A stretch of 64,000 nt of DNA from Candidatus Omnitrophota bacterium (GCA_028865345.1 JAGWKL010000001.1:235098-299097), one strand, 5' to 3'. Counted from the stretch's first letter, positions 20,026-31,407 are shown. Numbers and translations are program-made. Notes: generated from the letters alone by a model not told the origin.

Positions 20026-20787
20026 ATGAACACTTATGCGATCGCTGCAATTTACTATTTTGAAATGTCGCGCTGGTTGCGCACCATAGGCCAAAGCATC
20101 GCAGCTCCGGTAATCTCCACCAGCCTGTATTTCGTGGTCTTCGGTTCTGCCATTGGATCAAGAATGACCCAAGTTGACGGCATTGCTTATGGATCTTTCA
20201 TTGTTCCCGGCTTAATTATGCTGGCGGTTGTGACCGAAAGCGTTTCTAATGCCTCCTTCGGCTTCTATTTCCCCCGCTTTACCGGCACGATCTACGAATT
20301 GCTCTCCGCTCCCGTGGATTACGCCGAAACCCTTATCGGTTATGTGGGGGCGGCCGCCACTAAATCCGTGCTTTTGGGCTTTCTCATCCTTTTGACCGCC
20401 AATTTTTTCGTGCCTGTGCACATCCAACACCCCCTTTTGATGTTGCTGTTTCTGGTGTTAACTTCGGTAACGTTCAGCCTGTTTGGGTTTATCATCGGGA
20501 TTTGGGCAGATGGGTTTGAAAAACTCCAGATTATTCCGACGCTCATCCTGACACCACTGACTTTTCTGGGAGGGAGCTTCTATTCGATCAAAATGCTGCC
20601 TGCCTTCTGGCAGAAAGTTTCGATGGCAAACCCAATCGTTTATTTAATCAGCGGCTTCCGCTATAGTTTTTATGAGGCTGGTGACGTGAACTTAAGCGTA
20701 AGTTTGTTGATGATCTGCTTCTTTCTAATAGCGGCATTTTGTGCGGCGCGATGGATGCTTAAAAGCGGATACAAACTAAAGAATTGA
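20026..20787 (+). CDS. ABC-2 family transporter permease
   Basis: 6 TM, follows the ATPase with a 1-nt gap. Confidence 0.75.
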   Translation: MNTYAIAAIYYFEMSRWLRTIGQSIAAPVISTSLYFVVFGSAIGSRMTQVDGIAYGSFIVPGLIMLAVVTESVSNASFGFYFPRFTGTIYELLSAPVDYAETLIGYVGAAATKSVLLGFLILLTANFFVPVHIQHPLLMLLFLVLTSVTFSLFGFIIGIWADGFEKLQIIPTLILTPLTFLGGSFYSIKMLPAFWQKVSMANPIVYLISGFRYSFYEAGDVNLSVSLLMICFFLIAAFCAARWMLKSGYKLKN

Positions 20788-20798
20788 AAAACCTTCCC

Positions 20799-22685
20799 TC
20801 AGTGATTTTCTAACTCTTCCCAGCGTTCATATTTCTGAAGAATTTCATCCATAATGCTCCGGGCCCGATTTTGCGTCTCCGCAATTTCCCGCGGAGCCCG
20901 CTGATAAAAAGAAAGGTCTGCCATGAGCTCCCCAATTCTCTCCTGCTCTGCTTCCAAGTTTTGGATTTGCAAAGGCAGGTTTTCCAATTCCTTTTGTTCC
21001 TTATAGGAGAGCTTATCGGAAATGACCGGTGGACGGAGTTCCGCCGTCGTTTTTTCCTTAGGCTGAAGATGTGCCTCCGGTTTGACATCCCCTGCCCGCT
21101 GACTTAACCAATCATCATATCCGCCGGCATATTCGTAAATTTCGCCTTTACCCTCCATGACGATGGTAGAGGTCACCACATTATTGAGAAAGGAGCGGTC
21201 ATGGCTGACTACGATCAAGGTGCCGGAATATTCCATCAGCAGTTCTTCGAGCAATTCCTGGGTTTCGATGTCCAAATCATTCGTGGGTTCGTCCATGACT
21301 AAAAAGTTGGATGGCTTGGTAAATAGCCTAGCCAGCAATAAACGGTTACGTTCCCCGCCGGAAAGCACTTTAACAGGCGTGCGGGCGCGGTCCGGAGTAA
21401 ACAAAAAATCCTGCAAATAACCGATGATATGGCGGGGCTTGCCGTTCATGGTCACTGTATCCCCTCCGGGCGTGACGTTTTCAATCACTGTTTTTTCTTC
21501 GTCCAATTGCTCGCGCAGTTGATCATAATAAAGGACATCCAGATTAGTCCCATGCCTGACCTTGCCTTTATGAGGCGCCAGTTGATTCAGCAGTATTCTT
21601 AACAGGGTTGTCTTGCCTGAACCATTTGCCCCAATCACGCCGATCTTGTCTCCCCGCATGATCTGAGTGGAGAAATCTTTGATCAGGCAAGTGTCCCCAT
21701 AACTAAAGCCAAGATGAGCGGCTTTGATGACCAGATGCCCCGAAGCTTCCGCTTCCTGCGCCTGGATACGGGCCTTTCCAATTTGCCGGCGCTGGTTCTT
21801 TTTTTCCTCGCGCATGCGTTCCAGCGCTTTCACGCGGCCTTCATTGCGGGTGCGCCGGGCTTTGACGCCTTTACGGATCCACACTTCTTCCTCGGCAAGT
21901 TTCTTATCGAAATCCGCACGCTGAGCGGATTCGATATCAAGGACCATTTGCTTGCGTTCCAGGAAGGTCTGGTAATCACAGGACCAATTTAAGATCTTAC
22001 CCCTATCAAGTTCCACGATACGGCTGGCCAAATGCGTCATGAACGTGCGATCATGGGTGACAAAAAATAAAGTACCGGGATAATCTTTAAGGAAGCCCTC
22101 CAGCCAATTGATGGTATCAATGTCCAAATGGTTGGTAGGTTCGTCCAACAGCAGGATGTCGGGCTTAATGACCAGGGCCTTGGCCAAAAGAGCGCGGCGT
22201 TTTTGGCCGCCGGAGAGGGTTTCAAATTCAGTTTCCCCATCCAGTTTCATATGGGAAAGCACGTCTTCGACCTGCGCATCCAAATCCCACCCTTGAGTGG
22301 CATCAAGCTGCTCCTGCAGACGGCCCAATTCATTCATTAACGCGAGAGTGTTCTCTGTATGCAAACGTTGCGTGATGTGATGATAATCACTAAGAAGTTT
22401 GGCCCGCTGGCCTAAACCGGTAAAGACAATATCAAATACCGTGCCGGTGATATTATTCGGCACTTCCTGGGGCAGATGCGTGACCTTCACGCCTTTTTGA
22501 CAGACAATCTCGCCTCTGTCGATCTCCACTTGACCGGCCATGACCTTCATCAGGGTGGTCTTGCCAACCCCGTTGCGGCCGAGCAAGGCCACACGTTCCT
22601 TGGCCTCTAATTGCAAACTTAATTTTTCAAAAAGTAAAGGACCGCCGAAAGCGAGAGTAATTTCTTGCAAACTGATTAAGGCCAT
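20799..22685 (-). CDS. ABC-F family ATPase (Uup/EttA-like; two ABC domains, no TMD)
   Basis: Two Walker A sites ('GRNGVGKTT', 'GANGSGKTT'), two LSGG signatures, charged linker and C-terminal coiled coil. Confidence 0.85.
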   Translation of the reverse strand: MALISLQEITLAFGGPLLFEKLSLQLEAKERVALLGRNGVGKTTLMKVMAGQVEIDRGEIVCQKGVKVTHLPQEVPNNITGTVFDIVFTGLGQRAKLLSDYHHITQRLHTENTLALMNELGRLQEQLDATQGWDLDAQVEDVLSHMKLDGETEFETLSGGQKRRALLAKALVIKPDILLLDEPTNHLDIDTINWLEGFLKDYPGTLFFVTHDRTFMTHLASRIVELDRGKILNWSCDYQTFLERKQMVLDIESAQRADFDKKLAEEEVWIRKGVKARRTRNEGRVKALERMREEKKNQRRQIGKARIQAQEAEASGHLVIKAAHLGFSYGDTCLIKDFSTQIMRGDKIGVIGANGSGKTTLLRILLNQLAPHKGKVRHGTNLDVLYYDQLREQLDEEKTVIENVTPGGDTVTMNGKPRHIIGYLQDFLFTPDRARTPVKVLSGGERNRLLLARLFTKPSNFLVMDEPTNDLDIETQELLEELLMEYSGTLIVVSHDRSFLNNVVTSTIVMEGKGEIYEYAGGYDDWLSQRAGDVKPEAHLQPKEKTTAELRPPVISDKLSYKEQKELENLPLQIQNLEAEQERIGELMADLSFYQRAPREIAETQNRARSIMDEILQKYERWEELENH

Positions 22686-22748
22686 AAGGACTCAAGTCTA
22701 CTATACAAAGAATCCTTTTGCCATATTTATGATGGCGGGGATGCTCTA

Positions 22749-23147
22749 TTAAATTCTGCAATACTGTTGATCGCTGACTTTTTCCATCCATTCGACAACT
22801 TTACCTTCAAGCGCCTCTTGAATGGCAATGTGCGTCATTGCGGTGGTCGGCGATGCCCCATGCCAATGCTTCTCGCCCGGTGAAAACCACACGACATCCC
22901 CGGGGTGGATTTCCTCAATGGCGCCTCCCTTGCTCTGCACCCAACCGCAGCCAGAAACCACAATCAAGGTTTGGCCAAACGGATGGGTATGCCATGCTGT
23001 TCTGCTACCAGGCTCAAAGGTGACGCTGGCACCGACCGCACGGGCCGGAGCAGGCGCGTTGAATAATGGATCAATGCGTACAGTCCCTGTAAACCAATCG
23101 TCCGGGCCTTTATTGGAAGGCTGTGCGCCAATTCTTTTGATATCCAT
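22749..23147 (-). CDS. Cupin-domain protein
   Basis: '[24 protein letters not shown]' cupin motif 1; intact paralog of the pseudogene at 30164..30358. Confidence 0.7.
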   Translation of the reverse strand: MDIKRIGAQPSNKGPDDWFTGTVRIDPLFNAPAPARAVGASVTFEPGSRTAWHTHPFGQTLIVVSGCGWVQSKGGAIEEIHPGDVVWFSPGEKHWHGASPTTAMTHIAIQEALEGKVVEWMEKVSDQQYCRI

Positions 23148-23152
23148 TGTGT

Positions 23153-24232
23153 TTATTCCTTTCGGTTCGTATACGTCTTTAAAGACGCCATATCTATGAC
23201 AAAACGGTATTTCACATCACCTTTGACCGTACGATCATACGCTGTGTTAATGTCTTTGATGGCGATCTTTTCAATCTCACAAGTGATGTCATGCTTACCG
23301 CAAAAATCCAGCATTTCCTGTGTCTCAGGAATACCGCCGATGAGTGAACCTGCCATGGAGCGCCTTTTGAAGATAAAATTGATCCCATCTACTTTCTTTA
23401 AAGGTTCAACCGAACCTACGACCACCATGACGGCATCGCGTTTCAATAACAGCATATAGGGATCAACATCATGCCCCACGGGAATCGTATTGAGCAGAAA
23501 ATCGAATTTATTTTGCGCGGCCTCCATCGCTTTAGCATCTTTAGAGATCAAAACTTCGTTCGCCCCCAGCTTCTTTGCATCCGCCCCTTTTTCAGGCGAA
23601 GTGGTAATCATCACAACATGTGCGCCCATCGCATGGGCAAATTTCACACCCATATGGCCAAGTCCACCGAGACCTATAATACCAACCTTTTGACCTGCGC
23701 TGACCTTCCAATGATTAAGGGGAGAATACGTTGTAATTCCGGCACACAATAGAGGCGCGGCTCCAGCCGGATCAAGATTCTCCGGTACACGCAAGACAAA
23801 GTGTTCATCTGCGGTGATTATGTTGGAATAGCCCCCGAAGGTTTTTGGATATTGCGTGCCACCGATCTTATCATCCCCGCCATATGTGCCTGTAAATCCA
23901 TTCTCACAATATTGCTCCAACCCCTCCTCACAGGATGCACAATGACGGCAGCTATCGACCATACAACCTACTCCGACTAAATCACCGGCTTTGAATTTGG
24001 AGACCTTGTTTCCGACGGACTTCACGCGTCCGATAATCTCGTGACCTGGAACAAACGGGTATGTTGTCCAGCCCCATTCATTACGGGCAAAGTGAATATC
24101 AGAGTGGCAGACACCGCAATACTTAATATCAATGACCACATCCTGCCCTCGCGGGTCGCGGCGTTCAAATGTAAATGGTACAAGTTTATCTGTCGCAGAA
24201 TGATTGGCATAGCCATGGACATGTATACTCAT
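23153..24232 (-). CDS. Zinc-dependent NAD(P) alcohol dehydrogenase (cinnamyl-ADH/YahK-like)
   Basis: 'GVCHSDIH' catalytic zinc motif, structural-zinc Cys cluster '[15 protein letters not shown]', 'GLGGLGH' Rossmann motif. Confidence 0.85.
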   Translation of the reverse strand: MSIHVHGYANHSATDKLVPFTFERRDPRGQDVVIDIKYCGVCHSDIHFARNEWGWTTYPFVPGHEIIGRVKSVGNKVSKFKAGDLVGVGCMVDSCRHCASCEEGLEQYCENGFTGTYGGDDKIGGTQYPKTFGGYSNIITADEHFVLRVPENLDPAGAAPLLCAGITTYSPLNHWKVSAGQKVGIIGLGGLGHMGVKFAHAMGAHVVMITTSPEKGADAKKLGANEVLISKDAKAMEAAQNKFDFLLNTIPVGHDVDPYMLLLKRDAVMVVVGSVEPLKKVDGINFIFKRRSMAGSLIGGIPETQEMLDFCGKHDITCEIEKIAIKDINTAYDRTVKGDVKYRFVIDMASLKTYTNRKE

Positions 24233-24412
24233 TGTTTTCTCCTTTATTTAAAGCCCCCAAGACGGTCCTTTCAATTTCGCCCCTTCCTTTCGCTGATGTT
24301 CAGCCCATGGTACTGAAATTCTGGGGTCGCCGGCAGCAAAGGGTCGGAACCTATTTGACAACCCCATAAAATGACTGCCCCCCAACACCCCAAAACTCTT
24401 TTGCCAAGGACT

Positions 24413-25000
24413 TTACTGATCGAGGCGGGGTAAGCTTAAAAGATAAGTGACTATATCCCAAGTCGGTTTGCTGCCACTCCCGCCCCCCTCGCCAGTTTCA
24501 GATGGCGGAGGTCCTCCTTTGAAAACCCATTTGCCGAGGCACACCCCTTTGTCCTCATCGGTCAGAGTCACATTGCATTCCCACCGGTAGGCGTTGTACA
24601 TCCCCCCCGCTAACGGATTTCTGCTGCTATAATATCCCACTGTTGTCTGTTTGCAGTAAACCAAGACTACACTTCCGACCTCTTCGGGTCTTGTTGCCCG
24701 CAGGCTATCGGGAAGCATGGACGATAACTCGGTATCCACAGCCTTCGACGAGACATCGATAATCAAGACTTTTCTTTTAAGATAGGGTTCGCCAGCGCCC
24801 ATCGTCTCCGGCACATCCATGTACTTCACCAAGTCGTTCTTGAACGGATGGGTGGCCCAATGAGTCTCTCCCGTGGTGAACGCTGCCCAAAGCAGATATC
24901 CAAAGACAAACGCTGCCACCACCATGGCTGAGACTTGCTCATTGACAGATAAAGAGCGCCATTGCTCTTTAATGGCCCCCCACGCATCTCTTTTTTCCAT
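24413..25000 (-). CDS. Hypothetical membrane-anchored protein (one N-terminal TM, Gly-rich C-terminus)
   Basis: ORF only; 'VSAMVVAAFVFGYLLWAAF' TM helix. Confidence 0.35.
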   Translation of the reverse strand: MEKRDAWGAIKEQWRSLSVNEQVSAMVVAAFVFGYLLWAAFTTGETHWATHPFKNDLVKYMDVPETMGAGEPYLKRKVLIIDVSSKAVDTELSSMLPDSLRATRPEEVGSVVLVYCKQTTVGYYSSRNPLAGGMYNAYRWECNVTLTDEDKGVCLGKWVFKGGPPPSETGEGGGSGSKPTWDIVTYLLSLPRLDQ

Positions 25001-25213
25001 AATCTCTCTATTCCCATCCTTCGCTCAACATCGGCAACGGTGACCGGTCCCCATTAGTTGTACCAGAAGTTGTGAGAATTTGGAAGAGTTTTGACCTGTC
25101 CCCCGATACTAGACCGGCGACAAGTTAAAAATTTCAGATTTACTCAATGGGAGGTCATCAGCTTTCTCATATTGCCTCCTTCATCAAGCCCTCTCTAAAA
25201 ATACATCAAGGGG

Positions 25214-25316
25214 CTTACTCAAATGACCCAATTTCTGTAAACCAAAAACAGGCGCCCGCCGCATTTACTCCAGCCATCATCCAAATGAATGCCCCCAGAA
25301 ATGGTGTGTTTTTCAT
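25214..25316 (-). CDS. Candidate 33-aa single-TM micropeptide (MKNTPFLGAFIWMMAGVNAAGACFWFTEIGSFE)
   Basis: Not in the ORF track (<60 aa); strong SD 'GGAGG' 5 nt upstream of ATG; hydrophobic core. Confidence 0.3.
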
Positions 25317-25594
25317 AACGGCCTCCTTATGGTTGACATTTTGACTTTATCAAACGGAAGATAAAAATAAGATGAAATCAAAATTAATTCCTTGCGTATA
25401 CTCTGTCCCGCTCTATATCCTCAGAGGTCCTTAATACGACGAAAAAGCCAAAAGTTTCATGGAAGATCACAGGGAGGAGATGTTCTTAATGAGGGTAAAT
25501 GAGTTCCACCGGGGCGATCCAGTAGGAACGCTAAGCGCTGCCATGACCGCTTTGTTTGTGATGCTCACGATAGCGCAATTCAAAGCCAACTCCG

Positions 25595-25765
25595 TTAAAA
25601 CGCCACATTGACGATTGGCTTGGATGGGTTCGTTTCCGGTTGTTGCACGTTGGCACTGGCATAATTCTTAAAATCATCTTCCCCTGCTGAGGGGGATCCT
25701 GGCTTACTGCATCCTCCTAAAAAGATACCAAGTATTAAGATGCAGATAACAATCAAGACATTCAT
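25595..25765 (-). CDS. Candidate small lipoprotein (MNVLIVICILILGIFLGGCSKPG...)
   Basis: Lipobox 'LGGC' after a hydrophobic leader; internal start of the 95-aa track ORF. Confidence 0.3.
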   Translation of the reverse strand: MNVLIVICILILGIFLGGCSKPGSPSAGEDDFKNYASANVQQPETNPSKPIVNVAF

Positions 25766-25976
25766 CCAACACCTCTTTCTACGATCAATGGCGCCAATAG
25801 CCATAATACCAACCATACCGATGATGCCCCAGGATCCAGACCCATATTCCGGGTGTCCGGACCGCCCCCACATGAGGATCAACCCCGATAACTTCTGCTT
25901 GCAACGGGGGCGGGAGGCGCGACCGGAGTGATAGTCTCTGCGACTACAATACCCAAATAGCTGGTCTTTATAACGG

Positions 25977-26114
25977 TCATTCTTCGTCCTCTTCCCAATT
26001 ATCTTCCAGGTTTACCGGAGCTTTTCCCAGCAAAAAATCGTCGTCTGTAGTGTCCCTTAACATACTAAATAAAATCTGCCTGACCGGCCGTTCCATCAAT
26101 TGTGGATTTTTCAT
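25977..26114 (-). CDS. Candidate 45-aa acidic small protein (MKNPQLMERPVRQILFSMLRDTTDDDFLLGKAPVNLEDNWEEDEE)
   Basis: Not in the ORF track; 'AAGGAGGG' SD 3-4 nt upstream of ATG. Confidence 0.3.
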   Translation of the reverse strand: MKNPQLMERPVRQILFSMLRDTTDDDFLLGKAPVNLEDNWEEDEE

Positions 26115-26198
26115 AAGCCCTCCTTAGTTGAATGTCTGATAGAAGTTTTTCATTCGAACTTTAACAAAAAAAGATGAATAGAAGATGAAGTTACAATA

Positions 26199-26627
26199 TT
26201 AGTCCCCATGATGTCCGTGTCCGTAATGTTCCTGTTCATGACCATCAGAGTCTTGATATTCATGCCTGCGGCGCCAGCCTCGATGATGGATAACCCGCCA
26301 ACCGCCCCCGATATGCTGATAATAAATGCCATGGGACACAAAATAGACCTGGCCGTCAATCATGACCCGTTCAGAATCCGGAGGAGTCTCATTAATGACG
26401 GCCCCGACCGGCGCTTCCACAGAAACATAACTTCCCGGAGCCCCTGTATAAAAAACGCCGGCGTGATAATAATAGGGGGTGCCTCCAACAATGATTTCCC
26501 TGTACCGTTCAGGTCGACGGTGTCCCCACCATCCGAAATCGAAAAACCAGGCATGGGCCGGCGCTGGTTGACCGACTAAAACCATCAGAAAGAAACAAAC
26601 CCCCGACAAAGTCCTTTTCATGACCAC
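26199..26627 (-). CDS. Secreted hypothetical protein with Tyr/Gly-rich repeats and His-rich C-terminal tail
   Basis: Signal peptide 'GVCFFLMVLVGQPAPAHA'; two 'G..YY..G.FY' repeats; C-terminus 'HEYQDSDGHEQEHYGHGHHGD'. Confidence 0.5.
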   Translation of the reverse strand: MVMKRTLSGVCFFLMVLVGQPAPAHAWFFDFGWWGHRRPERYREIIVGGTPYYYHAGVFYTGAPGSYVSVEAPVGAVINETPPDSERVMIDGQVYFVSHGIYYQHIGGGWRVIHHRGWRRRHEYQDSDGHEQEHYGHGHHGD

Positions 26628-26876
26628 CTCTCTTCAGCTCTCCTGCCGTCCCCAACGCAAGGCCGGAGAAGCCTGTTCTCATTTAGGAAAAGAGTATCAA
26701 TGTCCGTGTCCCACCCCGCCCAATAACATATCGCCGATGCCGTCCTCCTTAGTTTTGACATGCCGTTACCTCATGACTTTTTTATCAAAAGGCAGGTTAA
26801 GAACAGATGAAAATACCATTAAAAGTGAAAAGCAGGATAAAAATCCGCCCTGACTGCTGATAAACACAAAACATAG

Positions 26877-26913
26877 AAAAAGCCCTGATAATCCATGATT
26901 ATCAGGGCTTTTG
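26877..26913. terminator. Bidirectional rho-independent terminator (stem AGCCCTGATAATC/GATTATCAGGGCT flanked by A-run and T-run)
   Basis: 13-bp perfect stem, 3-nt loop, 'GAAAA' upstream and 'TTTT' downstream; lies just 3' of the minus-strand hemolysin-III gene. Confidence 0.5.
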
Positions 26914-27008
26914 ACTGTCTTTTAGATTCCCCTAAGTGAAAATTACTGGGGTCTCTGCCGGCAGAAGGTCAAAATCTGTTTGGTCATTAAACCATTTAAC
27001 TATACCTC

Positions 27009-27623
27009 TTAAATAAATTTCAACATCATCCAATAATGACTAAAACATCCCCCCAGTACAAACAGATGCCATATTTCATGGGCGCCGAACTTAGGAGAGA
27101 AATTCAGCCTCCTCATGTTGAAAAACGCGGTCCCCAAGGTGAAAAAAATCCCACCCAAAACAAGCCAGAAAAGCGCCCCCGGAGACAAAGCCCTGGTTAA
27201 GGGGCCCCAAGCGAGCACAATAAGCCATCCCATGATGAGATAAAAAATAAAAAATAGAATAACCACCCCTTGGGGCGGACGCCGAAAAACCAGTTTTAAA
27301 ACAATGCCTGCGACCGCCAGAAACCAATTGCACCCAAGCAGGCTCCAGCCCCAGGCTCCTCGAAGGGTAACCAGGCAAATTGGCGTATACGTACCGGCAA
27401 TCAAAAAATAAATCATGGCATGGTCCAGTTGTTCCCATATCTTGTTGGCCTCAGCCGAGACGTTCAAGGAATGATAGAGAGTGCTCACCGTCCAAAGGGC
27501 GATCAAACTGACCCCATAAATACTGAAAGAAACGGTATGCCAGGCATCGTCCTGCAGGCTGGCATGGCAGATTAAAACAATGGAACCTATAACGGACAGG
27601 ACCACGGCGATGGCACCGATCAA
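27009..27623 (-). CDS. Hemolysin III / PAQR-family membrane protein
   Basis: 7 TM; 'GAHEIWHLFV' and 'YHSLN' conserved His motifs. Confidence 0.8.
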   Translation of the reverse strand: MIGAIAVVLSVIGSIVLICHASLQDDAWHTVSFSIYGVSLIALWTVSTLYHSLNVSAEANKIWEQLDHAMIYFLIAGTYTPICLVTLRGAWGWSLLGCNWFLAVAGIVLKLVFRRPPQGVVILFFIFYLIMGWLIVLAWGPLTRALSPGALFWLVLGGIFFTLGTAFFNMRRLNFSPKFGAHEIWHLFVLGGCFSHYWMMLKFI

Positions 27624-27665
27624 ACTGCGGACAGGGTATTTCAGATTTCGTACAAACAGAGGACT

Positions 27666-28667
27666 TTACGCCTTTTCTTTGACCATCTTCGATAAAATTG
27701 AAAAATTCTTCGTGAGCCAGAAAAGCAAGGCCATCTGCCTTTTGGTCTGCGCCAGCGGCCTTGCCGGTAAGCCCCACATAACAGCGCCATCATCAATGTT
27801 GCCAATGATACCGCTTTTACCACCGATGGTCGCATTCTTACCTATGGTCACATTATCAATTACTGCGACCTGGCCGCTCATGGTCACATTGTCACCTATG
27901 ACAACGCTGCCAGCAATCCCGCATTGGGCTGCCATGATGACATTGCGCCCTATTTTGACATTGTGTGCAATATGGCAAAGATTGTCTATTTTTGAATTCG
28001 CCCCTATCACCGTATCATCCAAAGACCCTCTGTCGATACTCGTGTTGGCGCCGATTTCTACATTTTCTTCAATTATGACCTTTCCCAATTGCGGGAATTT
28101 ATAAATAGTCTCCTGGTCTTTGACATAACCAAAACCATCACAACCAACAACCACACCCGCATGCAGAATGACATTTCTTTTTAATACGGAGTTCTGGTAT
28201 AAAACCACTCGAGGATACAAATGGCAAGAGTCCCCTATGAAGCATTTTCCCTTGATCACACAACCGCTTTCTATAATGACATTGTCCCCGATGGTGACAT
28301 GCCCTTCTATGGAAACCTGGGCACCTATGCATACGTTGTTACCGAATTTGACAGAAGAAGCCACTACCGCCGAAGAATGTATGAAAGAGGTGCTTGGTTC
28401 CAGAGGATATAAAATGCGGTAAGAAATCAAGAAAGCCAGTTTTGGGTTATGGACTCTTATCAGGGGCTTAGTTGATGTCCTCATTGCCAGCGTCGTCAAG
28501 ACACAAGAACTCCGGCTTTTTTCGGCCTGACTCAGCTTTTTCTCATCCAGCGCAAACGTCAGATCACCCTCTCCGGCAGAACCAATGCCGCTCAAACTTG
28601 TTATATTAATATCATTATCCCCTTCAACGGCACCTTTTATAAGAACAGCCAAATCGCTAATCTTCAT
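27666..28667 (-). CDS. lpxD: UDP-3-O-(3-hydroxyacyl)glucosamine N-acyltransferase
   Basis: N-terminal 'MKISDLA...' domain plus long left-handed beta-helix hexapeptide repeats ('IGDNVII...IGANTSI...IGRNVIM'). Confidence 0.9.
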   Translation of the reverse strand: MKISDLAVLIKGAVEGDNDINITSLSGIGSAGEGDLTFALDEKKLSQAEKSRSSCVLTTLAMRTSTKPLIRVHNPKLAFLISYRILYPLEPSTSFIHSSAVVASSVKFGNNVCIGAQVSIEGHVTIGDNVIIESGCVIKGKCFIGDSCHLYPRVVLYQNSVLKRNVILHAGVVVGCDGFGYVKDQETIYKFPQLGKVIIEENVEIGANTSIDRGSLDDTVIGANSKIDNLCHIAHNVKIGRNVIMAAQCGIAGSVVIGDNVTMSGQVAVIDNVTIGKNATIGGKSGIIGNIDDGAVMWGLPARPLAQTKRQMALLFWLTKNFSILSKMVKEKA

Positions 28668-28822
28668 AAAAGCCTCCTCAAAACTTTCACCTTCTGCTCA
28701 TCAAAGGATTTGTTGGCGTGCATATGGCAGTAAATACCATCATTATAAACACTCAAAGGTTGTTTACAGCCCTGATACTTACACTTTCTTCCTTTTTTAA
28801 AAGTAATTACCTTTTTAAGCAT
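28664..28822 (-). CDS. Candidate 52-aa Cys/His zinc-ribbon-like small protein ([52 protein letters not shown])
   Basis: Not in the ORF track; its stop overlaps the lpxD start as ATGA; its start overlaps the infA 3' end by 8 nt; 'AAGGGA' SD upstream; C-x4-C...C-H-x-H. Confidence 0.35.
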   Translation of the reverse strand: MLKKVITFKKGRKCKYQGCKQPLSVYNDGIYCHMHANKSFDEQKVKVLRRLL

Positions 28823-29069
28823 TGGGACCATTCCCTTGGCCTGGGTGACCCGCCTTATGTCTAAATGTAATCCGCCCGCGACTTAGATCATACGGGGAAA
28901 GCGCTACGGTGACAGCATCACCGGGCGTAATTTTAATAAAGAACTTCTTCATTTTTCCGCCGATATAGGCTGTAACCATATGCCCATCCTGAATGGCGAC
29001 CGTAAATTGAGCATTGGACAGAGCCTTCTGAACAATGCCTTGAACCTCTACAGCTTCCTCTTTGGCCAT
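28815..29069 (-). CDS. infA: Translation initiation factor IF-1
   Basis: '...[44 protein letters not shown]' S1-like IF-1 signature (with a short C-terminal extension). Confidence 0.85.
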   Translation of the reverse strand: MAKEEAVEVQGIVQKALSNAQFTVAIQDGHMVTAYIGGKMKKFFIKITPGDAVTVALSPYDLSRGRITFRHKAGHPGQGNGPNA

Positions 29070-29084
29070 TTACCCTCCCGTAAA

Positions 29085-29357
29085 TTAAAGCCTATCTTTT
29101 TTCCTTTTATCAATAAAACCGATTTTCCCCTGAGCAATCTCCTCCAGGGCTATGGTCGTTGATTTGTCTGAGGAAGAATGACGACGGTCAATTAAGGAAG
29201 GGCTGCCGGAATGAATTTCCCTGGCACGTATCATGGCTATACATACCAAGCTAAATACCCCTCCTTGTGTTTGAGACAAAAGCTGGTCTAAAGAAAGGAT
29301 ATTGACGGGCTCGGGGGGCTGCGAATTTTTATCCATTTTTATCATCATCTCTTTCAT
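29085..29357 (-). CDS. rpoZ: DNA-directed RNA polymerase omega subunit
   Basis: 'FSLVCIAMIRAREIH...STTIALEEIAQGKI' RpoZ core; start chosen at MKEMMIK to avoid overlap with csp. Confidence 0.6.
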   Translation of the reverse strand: MKEMMIKMDKNSQPPEPVNILSLDQLLSQTQGGVFSLVCIAMIRAREIHSGSPSLIDRRHSSSDKSTTIALEEIAQGKIGFIDKRKKDRL

Positions 29358-29362
29358 AGAAC

Positions 29363-29566
29363 TTAGACAATTCTCACATGAACAGCCCAATTTACACTGC
29401 GCTGGTATTCTATATCAAACTCCACCTCCTGGCCCACCTTCAGGATCTGACCTTTTTGGAATTCAATGAAATTGGCGTATACGGTAAGATCCTGGCCTGT
29501 AGCGGAATCGATAATGGTACCGTATCCCCGGTCTGAATTGTACTCTTTGACAGTCCCTTTTGACAT
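29363..29566 (-). CDS. Cold-shock domain protein (CspA family)
   Basis: 'KGTVKEYNSDRGYGTI' RNP-1-like motif, 67 aa. Confidence 0.85.
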   Translation of the reverse strand: MSKGTVKEYNSDRGYGTIIDSATGQDLTVYANFIEFQKGQILKVGQEVEFDIEYQRSVNWAVHVRIV

Positions 29567-30163
29567 TATTGTTCCTGCCTTTCTACAAAAATTTTCTTAT
29601 GTTAACAACAATATTAAAATTTCTCATATTGCCAACATCAAACCATATCTGGTTCCCTTACTTTAAATTAACCCTGTCTCTTCCAATAATATTGTCAGCC
29701 CTAAAACGAACATCGGGATTTTGCCCGCGTCTAATAACTCCCTGCCCATTGCCCCGATCATAAGAACTAATGGTTCCTCTTTCCATCACCGTAACTTCGA
29801 GGAAAATAAAGAATTAAATAGAAACTTGCTGGCGGCTCTTGATCAATGACTTAAATAAATAGAAGGTCTGTCGGCAGATTTCAGAAAAAAGTTGGAGAGA
29901 TCTGTAGGGGTGCGGATTATCTATTTATAAAGGCAGTATACGCCTTTAAGTTCATCTTGACAATGGAATAAAGGAACATTCATATTTCGACCTATCCGTC
30001 GAGATATTTCTCTATCTCTTTTCATTTAGTTAATGCGTGGGATCTCCGACGAGAAATGAAGATTTTGATCCGCCGGATAATTGTCGTAAGTATATATACT
30101 TAAATTACTTACGTAAATCTTGGGTCGCTGGCGGCAGAAGGTCAGAATTTGTTTATTTACTGT

Positions 30164-30358
30164 TTAGCCTTGATACTGCTTCCATCCACTCAGCAATCTT
30201 GCCATCCAGAGCTTCGCCCCGGGTTCAAAGGTGACACTGACGCCGGCTACCTTGGCAGGTGCTTCACGTTGGAATAATGGATCAATGCGTACTGTGCCGG
30301 TAAACCAATCTGCCGGTCCTTTATTCGACGGCTGTGAACCGATTCTTTTGATTTCCAT
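30164..30358 (-). pseudogene. Cupin gene remnant with internal deletion (paralog of 22749..23147)
   Basis: First ~47 codons almost identical to the intact cupin ('[29 protein letters not shown]...VSVTFEPG'), then about 200 bp of the cupin core is missing and the frame ends early. Confidence 0.55.
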
Positions 30359-30375
30359 ATGTCATTCCTTTCTTC

Positions 30376-31407
<1,032 letters not shown>

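Noticed and set aside
26150-26359. 69-aa ORF overlapping the start of the His-rich secreted protein gene
   Set aside because: Same-strand overlap in another frame with a better-supported signal-peptide-bearing ORF. Likely spurious.
28980-29162. 60-aa plus-strand ORF antisense to infA/rpoZ
   Set aside because: Antisense to two highly conserved small genes. No RBS.
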